Shown here one piece after another: positions 1 to 11,842 of a DNA stretch of 64,000 nucleotides. Positions within the stretch are counted from its first letter, which is position 1. Every line of letters begins with the position of its first letter. The stretch lies in contig CM052816.1 in the NCBI GenBank assembly GCA_028534125.1, positions 13,890,001-13,954,000 of the forward strand, written 5' to 3'. The translations under genes were made by a program, and so were the position numbers. The notes under the pieces were generated by a model. It searched no databases. It worked only from the letters and a program-made list of their open reading frames with translations, and was not told the DNA's origin. The stretch comes from Lama glama. Its lineage: Eukaryota.

Positions 1-664
1 TGAGTACTCAGATCTTTGAACAGCTGGGACAACTTTACCAAATAAATTAAGAGGCAGAGAGAAACAGGAACGTAACAGAACTGCATTGCAATCCTCAGCC
101 ACGTGACCTTCCTGACTCTGGGGGAGGCCTGATTTCATCTTCCTGTGGGCTTGTGTTTTATGATTAGGCCCCAGTTAATTCTTCAGAACTATCTTCTGGC
201 TCAGTTCAGGAAAATCTGGGCCTTTCCACCAGGCGCTACCGTAATCAGCCAACCGAATCAAGGTGAGATGCGTCAGTAAGCCTGCTGGTCAGCCTGGGCC
301 TCTCACTGCTGAGACAGGAAGCCCTCCTTCCCGCCCCAGCCTCGCCCAGTGAAATGGGGCAGGAGAGACCTAGAATCTGCACTCATTTCACCTTACCCTC
401 TGTTTTATTTTCTCCCCCCAGCAGGGACAAACAATAATTCAGTAAAGGAAATATGAGTAATGGAAAGAGAGGAAAAAATAAACATATCAAAATGGGCAAT
501 GTCCCCTGGGCCACTGCTTTTAAAGAAAACAAAGACAGAAGATTTGGAGATATTTCAGTGACTTTGCTAAAATGAGAAAAATAATCAAGCTGACCTCTTT
601 CTTCTAGGCTGAATTCCTTCCCTCTCTCTTGATGTAGGGGGAAAAAAAAAAAAGGATCCCCCAG

Positions 665-790
665 ACCAGTGGTTTTCACACCCTGGTATGGATCAGAATC
701 CCTAGGGGAGGTCTGTTTAGCCTGGGCACACACGCCAAGCCAGGCCCAGTGAATCAGGACCCCTGGGGGAGGGACCCGCACCCAATTCCC
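665..790. mobile_element. MER5-like hAT-Charlie DNA transposon remnant
   Basis: cagtggttttca...atcagaatc...gaatcagga motif pattern typical of MER5. Confidence 0.5.
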
Positions 791-1149
791 ACGCAGGTAG
801 GCGTCACTCTGAAGAGGAAAGCTCAGGATGCAGCGGTAACATTCCGTCCTGTGTTTAGTAACATAAGGCACAGCTCAGGTCAGAAACTCTGGTCTGCTCC
901 TGGAAACCCGGAAGTCAGGAACTTGGAAACCTTGTTCAGAGTAAAATACTACAAACTATAGATCGGATCTGCAGAGTCATGAAGAGTGTTCATCTCACCT
1001 TCAGGGTGGAAGGGGGGATGGGAACACAAATTCTATTCGTTTTATTCACTTAAGCTGACACTGACTGAGTGGACTCCAGAGGCAAGGGCTGTGCAAGGGC
1101 AAGGTGATGACAGGATGGAATGAAGCATGGTGATGACAGTGACTCACAA

Positions 1150-1385
1150 TTACTGACACCTTACAATTACAATGAGCTAGGCGTTTTCCACGCATTCTCT
1201 CATTTAATCCTCAAACACCCTACAGGGCATTATTATTATTACTGTTATCATTATCATTATCATTATCATCTCCACTTGATGGATGAGAAAACCAAGGCAC
1301 AGGGGGGCGGAATGACTTGCCCAAAGTCAACCAGCAAGTAAGTGCAGATCCACGTTGGAACCCAGATCTCCCTGACTGTGCAGTG
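1150..1385 (-). mobile_element. MIR SINE with internal (CATTAT)n expansion
   Basis: catttaatcctcaaacaccc...gatgagaaaaccaaggcacag...gacttgcccaaagtca is the reverse MIR core. Confidence 0.8.
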
Positions 1386-1394
1386 TCCCATCTT

Positions 1395-1753
1395 TTTTCT
1401 TTTAATCGAAGTATACTTGATTTACAATGTTTTGTTAGCTTCTGGTGTGCAGCACACCGATTCAGGTATACAGATATACATCCTTTTTCATATTCTTTTT
1501 CATTATAGGTTATTACATGATATCAAATATAGTTCCCTGTGCTGTACAGTAGGACCCTGTTTAACTATTTTATATACAGTAGTTTGTATATGCTAACCCC
1601 ACATTCCTAATTTATCCCACCCACCTCTTTCCAATTTGGTAACCGTAAGTTTGTTTTTGCTGTCTGTGAGTCTTTTCTGTTTTGTAAATAAGCCCATTTG
1701 TGTCATTTTTTCGATTCCACATATAAGCAATATCGTGTATTTGTCTTCCTCTG
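1395..1753 (-). mobile_element. 5'-truncated artiodactyl-type L1 3' end
   Basis: T-rich start, ttgatttacaatg...tatagttccctgtgctgtacagtagga...ttccacatataag; target-site duplication cagtgtcccatctt (1381) / tagtgtcccttctt (1754). Confidence 0.85.
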
Positions 1754-3139
1754 TAGTGTCCCTTCTTAACTGTTATCACGCATCAATACCCTTAAAATAC
1801 CCAAACCTTACCTTTCTAATTACAATTAATGGAAAAAGCATTAAAAAACCGAAGGAATAGATGCAAATTATATAGCTTTATGAAACAATGGGTGATCAAC
1901 CTGGGGACACCTGACGAGCCCTATCTTCTTCTAGTTAGTCAATCGGCTGAATCTCATGAGTCGTGAAAAAGAAAGGGAGGTCCCCAAACCAGAGCAGGCA
2001 TTTTCCCACCTGCATGGAAGGATGGAGTCAGGGAGGCTTAGAATTTGTTCCTGCTGCAAGCAGAGGGGTATGGGAGCGGGAGGCCACATCCCCAACCCAG
2101 AGGGAGGCTGTATCATGCTGTGAATTCCCCAAATACGAGACATTAATAATGCCACTTGTGGCGAGCTGATCACATGCTGGGTACGGTGCCATTCACTTTG
2201 CAGGTTCTTATCAAGTTTGACCTCTGCAACAACCCCAAGAGCAGGCACTGCTGAGGGGAGGACACAGACTCAGAGAGGACCAGCGACCTGCCTCCATTCA
2301 TTGCCTATGAGGTTGCACCTGCTGGTCTGAACTGCAGTGGGGTCTTCCCCAGAACCTGGGTGGTCCCTTACTTTACATACAAGGACAGACACCATTTGGA
2401 ACGCTGAGCGAGCAAGAATTCCCAGTTCTCTGCCATTTTAAACTTAGCTGTGCCAAGCCTTGCCTCAAGTCGGGGAGATGCTGGGTTCTTACTTCAGCAA
2501 GTATTTATTGCCCTCAGTACGCTGTGCTCCGTGCCACACAAGAGCCCCACGTCTACTAAGTGGAGGGTGTGGTACCCCTTCGCAGGAATTCACTGTAAAT
2601 TTATGAATTAGAGGAGGTGAGATTTGAACAGAGGTCAGGATTGCCTTGTGAGAAGTGAGAGATGAGGGCAGTGCAGCAAAGGAGTGAAGGGGCCTGAAGC
2701 GTCAGAGACAGAAGACAACTCCAAGGCCGCCTGAGGGCATCTGCTCCCCACACTACTGCAAAGGCACCCCTCACGCTGGGACACAGGCCCAGGAACATGT
2801 GCGGTGAAATCTCACGGATGGTGCTGGGCATCCTCGGAGCAAGTTTAGGCGAAGAGGGCAAGGGTCCTGTTTTAGGAGGGGACTTTGAAACCAAAGTCAG
2901 CAGGTCAGAAACTTTCAAATTAATTTCTCCTCTACCTTGAGCAGACATCAAAATCAGAAAGGAAGTACAGATAAGTCAAGGAGTAGAAATGGAACTTAAG
3001 CCCATAACAGGTAAAAACTTTCTGAAAAGTTTGAGTAAGAACCTTAACAAAACACGTATGGTTTCCCCCAGCAACTCCATTTCCATAAATCCTCCTAAGG
3101 ACATAACGGCTGGAAGGCAAAGACGACCACAGCAATTCT

Positions 3140-4230
3140 GTCCATAATGGTGACAAACAGTACCCAACCTAAATGTCCAATGATAGAGGATTAGTTAATA
3201 CAGTTTTGCATGTCCGCATAACGGAATCCTATAATCCTATGCAGCCATTACAAATGGAGATGTACATAGATTTAGGTTTTTTAATGAGGAAAAAAATCAT
3301 ACCAATGATGCCACTTTCTTCAGACTGAGTTTGAATCAATTTAATGGAAATGAAATCATACAGAATAAATTCTCTAATCACGTATAATGAGAGATCAATA
3401 ACCCTAACAGCTACGAAAACTACATACACTTCTAACTAAACAACACACATCAAAATCATCCACCAGAGGAAAAAGAATCAAAGAAGAAATTGTGGAATGG
3501 TTTAAAATGAATGATATGTAAAACACAGCATACAAAGATTTGGGGAGGCAACTCAAACACTTACTAAAGGGAAATTTTACCTTTAAGTGCTCATACTAAA
3601 TTTTTTTTAAAAGGCTTAAAATTAATGATCCAAGATTCTGCATGAGAAGAATTCTAAAAATAAAAAGGCAAAGTAGACGGGGGGTGGGAAGGGACAGACT
3701 GGGAGTTTGAAATTTGTAGATACTGACAGGCATATGTAGAATAGATAAACAAGATTGCACCGTAGAGCACAGAGAAATATATACAAGATCTTGTGGTGGC
3801 TCACAGCAAAAGAAAATGTGACAATGAATATATGTATGTTCATGTATAACTGAAAAATTGTGCTCTACACTGGAAATTGACACAGTATAGTAAACTGACT
3901 ATAACTCGGTAAAATAAAATTTAAAAAAAAGGCAAAGTAAACTAAAAGTAAGTAGAAATAAGAAAAAATAAAGATAAAAGTCGATAGCAACAAAACAGAA
4001 ATTAGGCAAACCACGCAGAAAAGTAACAAAGAATAATAAAGCTGTCTTTAGGTCTCGGGAAATCTGAGACATTCATACAGATGAATCACATACCTGACTC
4101 TATTTTGTAAAATGCTTAGACCTCCATGAATGGAAATGTTCACAGAAGTTATCTCTGGCTGACAGGATCAAGGACAATCTTTTAAAACATTTTATTGTTA
4201 TCTGCATTAACTAATTTTTCTATCACGCCC
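3140..4230 (+). mobile_element. Old L1 fragments (ORF2 and 3' pieces) hosting a younger L1 insertion
   Basis: caacctaaatgtccaatgatagagga; caaagatttgggaggcaactc...aaagggaaattt; A-rich L1 composition. Confidence 0.6.
3676..3925 (+). mobile_element. Young lineage-specific L1 3' end
   Basis: L1 3' UTR (gggagtttgaaatttgtagatac...gtaaactgactataact) plus A tail; perfect 14-bp TSD aaaaaggcaaagta at 3662-3675 and 3926-3939. Confidence 0.9.
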
Positions 4231-5451
4231 TCATATTTAAGGATTTCTAAGGGGACTGACTGACATCCTCTGTTGATTTGTTGAATTGACATACAGTAAA
4301 GCCACAGACCTTCAGCATTAACCCTTTGTTTCCCAAAGCATGGGGCACATGCCCCTGTTGATGCAGGGGGAAGTCCTGAGTGGTACTGAAACAGCTTTCA
4401 GCATCACTGCGGAGAGAGGGGGAGCCCCCTTTGAAGTCCCCTCCAGGCGTTTTCACTATGCAAGGAGAAAGCTTTGGTTTAGTGCCGTTCTGTTCTCATC
4501 TCCCCTAAAAGAGCTGCTGCTCTCTCTGTAACCAAAAGAGCTGAGCAGGCAGGAAGCAGCCCCTGAGCAGAAGTCGGGGTCGCCTGTCCTCTCACAGTAC
4601 TTGTCTTTATCACTGCCTTCTTTTTACGGGACACTTTTGCAATTATATCAGACAGATAAAGCTTCCTTTAAATAAAGGAATTAAATTCAAGTAAAACTGC
4701 ATGTCAGTAATAAAATTTAAAAGTAAGGAACGTGGTAAGGGGACAACGATCAAAGTGATGAAGGGGCACACCTGTACTGACCTCCAAGGAAAGCAGGGTT
4801 TGCCTCTGGCAGGGGGAAACCACCCCTAATGGAATATCAATGTCACTAGAATATCCCAATAGCCACCACACCCCCCCCCAACAAGGCCTTGTTTCCCATC
4901 TCTCTCTGTGTTGTCATTTTAACATAAACACAACAGCATGGAGATGGTAAATGAGGGGTTTGCTCAGGTGGTGACCCAGGCAGAAGGGGACAACTTCAGA
5001 ACAGGATTCCGGGCATGTCCAGAAAAGTCCTGCTGGAAGGATGATGGGAGAGGGAGGCTCCCACGAGCAGATACAATTTCTTTGTAACATTTGCCCAGAG
5101 GAAAGAGGCCCCTCCACAGGAAGAAGGTCAAGTCCGGTCTATCTTTATACAAGCATTTCAAGTGGTTAGTGGACTTATTTCCTGTGGTTCCCAGGAATTC
5201 TGCAGCAGGCTCTCAGGAGGATGTTGGTGATAGGGAGAAGGGACTTGATGAGTGAGAATCAACAATTATCTCTATATTTGCTTCACTTTTTTCTATAAAA
5301 ATAATCTAGGGAAAAAACACTTGCTTTAGAAGAGCAAAGTTCATGATGACAGAGAGCAGAATTGGGACATAAAAGTTCCCAAGTGTGTGGCGGAGTCCTT
5401 AGGTTAGGATTTTGCAAGCTGAAGACTGATTTATTCCCTCCCCTTCCCTCC

Positions 5452-6100
5452 CTCATTCACTCAAGAAACAGTTGAGCAACTCCGCTGTGCCAGGCATCGA
5501 TTAGAGGCGGGGGAGAAGGCGGGGATTCAGCACGGCTCTGTCCTGCAGGAGCGTGCAGTCCAGTGGGGGAGAAAGACATCAACCAAGCAAACCCATAGAT
5601 GGATATGTAATTAAATTACAAATGATAAGAAGTGCTGACAAGGAAAAGAACAAGAGGCAACAAAAGTGAGTAACAGAGTCAGAGGAGACAGCACTGAGAT
5701 CAGGAGGCCAAGGAAAAGCTTCTGGGAGGCAGAGCTTCAGCCACCATCTGCAAAATGGAGAGTGTTGGGAAGGGAACCATTTGCACAAAGGCAGCTGTGT
5801 GGAGACGACCAGGGTGGACTCAAGGGTCTAAGAGAAGAAGACAGGAGTGGGTGGAACGTAATGGGCGGAGGGAGGGAGAAACAGGAGGCCAGGTCAAGGC
5901 ATAGGGTTTGGGTTTTACTTCATGGAAATGGAAAGCCACAGGTTTTAAGCCAGGGAGTGGTCACCTGATACAGGTTTTAAAAGATCTTCTGACCCTGTGT
6001 ATGGAAATGCCTGCAGGGGGCCAAGAACAAAAGAGGGGCAACTTCAGAAGTTAAGACAGGAGCTAGAGGTGGACTGGACTGGACACTGACAGTGGGTGAT
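5452..6100 (-). mobile_element. L2 LINE remnant
   Basis: tcattcactcaa...ttgagc...tgtgccaggc start and ggaaagccacaggttttaagccaggg...ttttaaaagatc L2 hallmarks. Confidence 0.75.
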
Positions 6101-6170
6101 ATGAACATGATAGCCCTTAACTAGAGTCAAAGGGCTTGATCATGAGAGCTCCGAGAGGTCGACTAGCTAA

Positions 6171-6640
6171 CAAGGCTGGGACTAGTGTGGGACAAGGGAG
6201 GCACTTGCTTCGGGTGTAAAATTTACACAACAATCAAGAGAAATAATATTGTAATGGAATGTTTTTTAAAAAATCAAAGTTAATGCAAAAAAAGTCCATG
6301 ATGAACAAAATATCAAGTTTCTTTTTAAAAAAAAGGATCAATAGGAACTATATTCAATATCTTGTAGTAACCCACAATGAAAAAGAATATGAAAACGAAT
6401 ATATGTATGTGTATGCATGACTGGGACATTGTGCTGTACACCAGGAACTGACACACTGTAAACTGACTATACTCCAATTAAAATAAATAAATAATAAACA
6501 TTTTTATAAAAAAAGATGAGTAACAGCACTGTGCCAAGCCATATAAGGAGCCTGAGGCAAAAGGAAAAACTCAGTCATTGATCCTGTCTTTTAAAAAAAA
6601 TTTTTGATATTTTGTTCATTTCCTCACTCTTGCACTGGCT
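6171..6640. mobile_element. MER96B-like palindromic hAT DNA transposon interrupted by an L1 3' fragment (~6343-6510, +)
   Basis: caaggctgggactagtg...gaggcacttgcttcgggtgtaaaattt terminus; internal inverted arms atgaacaaaatatcaa / ttgatattttgttcat; L1 tail (aactatattcaatatcttgtagtaac...gtaaactgactatac, AAAT tail). Confidence 0.7.
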
Positions 6641-7386
6641 AGTTGACCTTCCCGACCTGTACAGCAGGAGGCCGCCATGTAACCCTCTGCTCTGAAAATA
6701 GCTATTACGGAAGGAAAGGTAGTAACATGAATCATCGCAAGCCCCATGGTGGTTTAGATAGTATCCTTCCTCCTTACTATGGAGACTCTGAGACAGAAGG
6801 TGCCTCGTAGCTGCTTCATAAGCATTTCTGGTGGTAATGTTAACGGCTAACGTTCATCAGGCTCTTAATATGTCACGTAGTTTGCCAGAAACTGTTAAAT
6901 ACAAGTATCTCATTGAATCCTCACAACAATCCAGTGAGGTGGGGGCAGCATTACTCAGTTTTACCCCGCCCGGCATATACCGGGCATTCAACCAACAGGA
7001 AGGAAGGAAAGGTGGATAAATAGAAGGGAAAACAAGAGGAAGAAAAAAGTGAGGAGCCTCTCACTAGTCCTTCAAAGTCCCACCCAGATACCCAGTGATG
7101 TCACCTCTGGCAAACCCCATTCTCTAACAAATGCTATTCACCGCACTTAAAAGGATCCGTAGAAAAAGGAAGCGAACCTTAAATACCATCTTCTTCCACA
7201 GGGATTGTTTTTGGCATGTTGGGCTTTTTAATTCCTTTTCCCAACAACTTTTTGGAAAATGTATTTCTCGAATTCATTCATTTCCAAATATTTATTGAGC
7301 AATTACTATGTGTCAGGCCCAGACTGAAGGGCTGATAATATCATTGGCTCAATATTATGAGTCAAACAAACCAGATGAGCCAATTT

Positions 7387-7517
7387 AACGCAAAAGTCCA
7401 TGATGAACAAAGTATCAAGTTTCTTTAAAAAAAAAAGGATCAGTAGGAACTATATTCAGTATCTTGTAGTAACCTGTAATGAAAAAGAATATGAAGACGA
7501 ATATATGTATGTGTATG
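7387..7517 (+). repeat. Diverged local copy of 6280-6416 inserted into an L2 remnant
   Basis: Aligns by eye with 6280-6416 (aaaagtccatgatgaacaaa...ggatca..taggaactatattca.tatcttgtagtaacc...gaatatatgtatgtgtatg). Confidence 0.85.
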
Positions 7518-10304
7518 TGCCCTCACGGGGCTTACCTTTGTGTATGTGTGTGTGTGCGTCTGTGGAGTTGAGTGAGACAGGCAGTAACAAGGAAGCAAGC
7601 ACATAAAATCATAAATGATCATAAATGCTATGCAGGAAAACACATCTGGGTCTGAGAGAGAGGACAGAGAAGTGACAGGATCTCCCCAAGACAGGGTGGG
7701 CCCCACCTAAGGAGACTCAGGGAGGCTCCGAACAGTCATGCTGCCGAAGATGCTGATTTAAGAGTTTTTGCAAACCAAATCAACTGAACTCCCTACAGAC
7801 TGTGAAAACGTGACAACCTCATGACTTAGTCCTTCGGAGGACAGTTCTGAAAGGCACACACATTCATTGATGTATTTTCTGTATGAACAGATCCACAGAA
7901 AAGTTGTTCACACCAGGAAGAGTTGAGGAATACAGCATCACAAAGCATTTTAGATGAGTAAACAAGTACTTTGTGCTGGGAAATGCGCTGATTTTTGACT
8001 CCTCACCCCATGGGCCCACCTAAACATCCAGATTTATCAAATTCCAGAGGAGCCCCTTGAACCTGACAACGCCAAGGAGCCAAGGAATGAATGTAGGCTC
8101 CTTGAAAGTCAAGAGGAATTATGTGCAAACAGACGGCAGCCCAGAGAAGTAAGAATTCTCTTTGACGTTTCTCCTTACTTCTTGTTGCCTAATCTGCTTT
8201 CAAAGGCCAATCACGTAGAAATGTTCCATTTTCCAAACCACCCCACCCAACATAGTGGGCACTTTAATCTCTAAAACATGAGAGGAGCAGTGGATGGTGG
8301 AGGATACTAATGGCTTTGAAAGGTCACTTTGACAAAAAGAAATAAACAAGGAGAGAAAAACCCGAGGAGTCGAAGGGATGAAAGCAAACCACGCTTTGAG
8401 CTCCCTGCCAAAATGAAAGAAAACTCCTGAGAGGGGTTACGTTTGGCATATGAGTGTACTGGCATGGTTATCAGAACCTACCCATCCCTGTGATTTTTCT
8501 GATAAACGGTGTCTTGCCTGTAAGGTGCACCTTCCTGGAGATGCTAGATACCAGGGGCAGATTTATCTCTTAGTTTAGCTTCTTGGATAGAAGATTTCAA
8601 CTCACTTCCAAGTGCTTTCATCCCTTATGAAACACTAATCACGTCCCGGGGCCTTCAGTGGGGTTGTTCTCTGGCTCCATCCCCTTCCCATAAAACCCAC
8701 CTGGTTCCTGCCAACAGCTGGGCCGGGTGTGGACCTGTCTGTGGAACACCAGTGACATGGACACGGGACCCGAGAGCCGTCAGGCACACTGAAACAGAGC
8801 GAACAGGCAACTGGTCCCTTTTGGATCTTTCACATGGGATCCAAGAGAGATGGCAAATGAAAGAAAGTGCTAAAAATAGCCAATGTCCTTGAAGAGAAAT
8901 AATGCAAAAGGAAACAAGTTTTCTATGTCCTGATGCAGGCTCTGCGAACGCTAGGGCCTAGAAGGCTGGCGCTAGGGCAGGGGCCGGGGTTGGGGGGGTC
9001 CTTTCTTCCTGCCCTTTGGCTCTGACACCCGCTGGGTCCCTTTGCAAACGCTGGGCCCTGCTCCCCCGCCCGCCTCCTGGATGCCTCTGCAGGAATGTGG
9101 CTCTCGGGGCCTGGGGTGGGGGGGGCCTCCGTGGCCCACTGTCAAGTTCCAGAATAGACTCTGACATGTGAAACGAGCTCCGTGGGGTTTACATTCCTCT
9201 TCCATATCCAAGCGCCTTAAAACACAAAACCGCACGCCAGGGCTGCTGCTCCTCTTCCAGCGGCGCTTGGATATCATCCGTCTGGCAGAAATGCGAGTTT
9301 TGTCCTTTTTACTTTTGAGTCTTTTGAGTGAGCATGGGGCCCTTGGAAACGAGGCTGCCGCACAGAGGGGCCGCCAGATACACTGATGTCTCAGAACTGA
9401 GGGCTTCATTCCCGGCTAAGCCGCAGATGTGCTGTGAGAAGCTGTTTAGGCTCTCTGTGTCTCGGTCCTCTCGGCTGGAGGTAAAGGACCGGCGTTCATC
9501 CTTCCAGTGTAACAGCAGGAAGAGCAAGCACGGAGTGATAACCAAGTACCTAACGGAATGTCGCTATGACAGGCAGCCCCAAGGTGCTTGCTCACTCATG
9601 TAAAATGCTTTGTGAAACCCCATGTGCAATAAAAAATGTAAATAATCAACACACTAAAACAGGCTCTTACCCAAAACAGCCACAGTCCCTTCCATCTCCA
9701 AGGCACTCATTGCCGGCAAGGCCCTTCCCGGGCCTCGCTCCACTCTTTCCTCATGGTGCCACGACAGATCCTCTTAACAGCTTCCGCTTAACACCTGATC
9801 AGGTTAATCGACTCTCTGGTCATGCAAGTAGTTGATGACACAGCAGAAACCAAAAGCCAGGTCTCTGAGAAAAAAGGTTCCCTTTTTCATGGCCTTTCCA
9901 ACCCAATCTGAAGGAAGCCCAGTGGTCCCTGGCCTCACCGCAGCTTATTAGAAGCAAGGGCCAATGACTCTGCTGTGACAAAAGCCAAGACGGACCTCAC
10001 CACGCTGGGTCACCTTGGGGAGGCATCACAGTAACAATCAGGAAAGTGCTGGTGTGGACCACGGTGCCTCTGTGGGACAGGAGAGTCCTGTGTCAAGGGA
10101 GAAACCTGCAAAGACCTCCTTAAGGAAAACAAGGACCTCCTTTAGAACACAGTCCTTGGGGCTTCACCAGCTCTGGAGGCTGCTGGGTGAAATGAGTAGA
10201 AAAGCTAAGGATCACTCAGTTCAAGGGGCATTTTATTCTCTTTCCCACATTTCTTCAGCAGTTAAAATCATGCACCCTGGAGTCAGAAAACTCTCCCTTT
10301 GGAT

Positions 10305-10468
10305 CTCAGCTTTCACATTTATGTAGCTGTGTGACCTTAGACAAATCACTTAAGCTCTCTGAGCCTCAGATGTCCTCAGCTGCAAACTCAGCTTTCACAT
10401 TTATGTAGCTGTGTGACCTTAGACAAATCACTTAAGCTCTCTGAGCCTCAGATGTCCTCAGCTGCAAA
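10305..10468 (+). repeat. Perfect tandem duplication, 2 x 82 bp
   Basis: 10305-10386 is identical to 10387-10468. Confidence 0.95.
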
Positions 10469-10524
10469 CTGGGGGCTAAAAAAGCAATGCCTTGAGTTCA
10501 GTTGAGGGCAGCTTCCCTGTTCTG

Positions 10525-10665
10525 ATTTTGTTTATTTCCTTTCCTCCTTCCTTCCTTCCTTCCTCCCTTCCTTCCTTCCATTCCTTTTAATGGAGGTACT
10601 AGGGATTGAACCCAGGACCTTGTGCATGCTAAGCATATGCTCTACCACTGAGCTATACTCTCCCC
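10525..10665 (-). mobile_element. Vic-1-type tRNA-Ala-derived SINE (camelid) with (GAAG)n tail
   Basis: Minus strand GGGGAGAGTATAGCTCAGTGGTAGAGCATATGCTTAGCATGCACAAGGTCCTGGGTTCAATCCCTAGTACCTCCA with Pol III A/B boxes; 13-bp TSD cttccctgttctg at 10512-10524 and 10667-10679. Confidence 0.88.
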
Positions 10666-11842
10666 TCTTCCCTGTTCTGTTAATTAAACTCTGGGACACT
10701 GAACTGGCTAGCATAGGTGATTGCACAGAAAATGTCACTCTATTGATTTACCTCCCAGCCTCCAAAATAAAGAAAAATAAATAAACAAAAAAGCAATGCC
10801 TGCCTAACAGAATTCCTTTGAGATTAATTAAAATAATGTATGCAAAGCATTTAAGACAGTACCTGGTACATAGTAAGTGTTCAAGAAAAGGTCACTGTTT
10901 CATTATTTATGGACACATTTTATTATTTATGGGTATGTCCAGAGCAGGCTATTGGGAAACACGGCAGGGCAAGCCCTCGGCATTTCCAAACAGATAACAA
11001 ACACATACTTCAGAAGACTGAGTTTGGAGAAGCCAAATTTTCTAGGTTAGGAGAAAAGAAAAGGAAAAAAAAAAAAAGACTCAGCAAACAAACTCTCTTT
11101 CTATGAGCCGGAAGGTCTGCTAACTTTAAGAAAGGAATGTCCTTGCTGGGCTGGTTCTGGAGATTGTAACTTGCACAAGAAATTCAAAAGACTTTTGGAG
11201 ACACATCAGTAAGAGAAGGCTAGAGGAAGGGGGCGAGGACTGCCAGAGCCCCTGCAGAATCACTTTGTATCTGGCTCGAAGCCCCGGGGCTTTAAAGCAT
11301 CAGTCTGCAGAAAGGATATTTCCGTTGAAGATGTGTGCAGGTCTTCAGGACAGCGGAATGTCTGCAGGATGCTCTGGCCCGGGGTGGACCATTAAAGTTC
11401 AGACAGAACTGGGGCATGCAGAGCACACCGCTGCGCCAGAGAGCACTCTGTTTTTCCTCTCTGAGTGGAGGCTGCTGTCTCTAAGCACTTAAAAGAATTC
11501 CTGAGCTCCAAGTGAATGATGCTCTATGGGGGAAGCGTTTTGGGGGTAGACAGGCCAGACCACAGAGAACTGCAGATCCAGAATCAAAGGAAGGAATAAA
11601 GGATATTGGAGGAGATCCTTGGGAATGAACACGTCTGTTCGTATTTTCTACTCTTCATCAAAGAGCATGAAAGCTAAGGCTAGGATGGGGTGCCAGGGAC
11701 ACAGCCTGAATAGATGAACAGCCCCACTTCCTGCCAGCTACACCTGGTCTAAGCATCTCTGCCCCTCTTACCTGGAGCAGGCTTGATGAGTCTGGTATGA
11801 GTAGACTGTAAATTCCTTAAAAGCAGACACAGTGATTTCTCC

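Larger units (their letters stand above)
10255..10900 (+). mobile_element. MIR SINE disrupted by a tandem duplication and nested insertions
   Basis: ctggagtcaga...tagctgtgtgaccttagacaaatcacttaa.ctctctgagcctcag, resuming after 10801 with gagattaa...aataatgtatgcaaagca...cctggtacatagtaagtg. Confidence 0.85.

Noticed and set aside
10590..10665. tRNA-Ala-like gene on the minus strand
   Set aside because: Imperfect acceptor stem, simple-repeat tail and 13-bp TSD show it is a SINE, not a functional tRNA.
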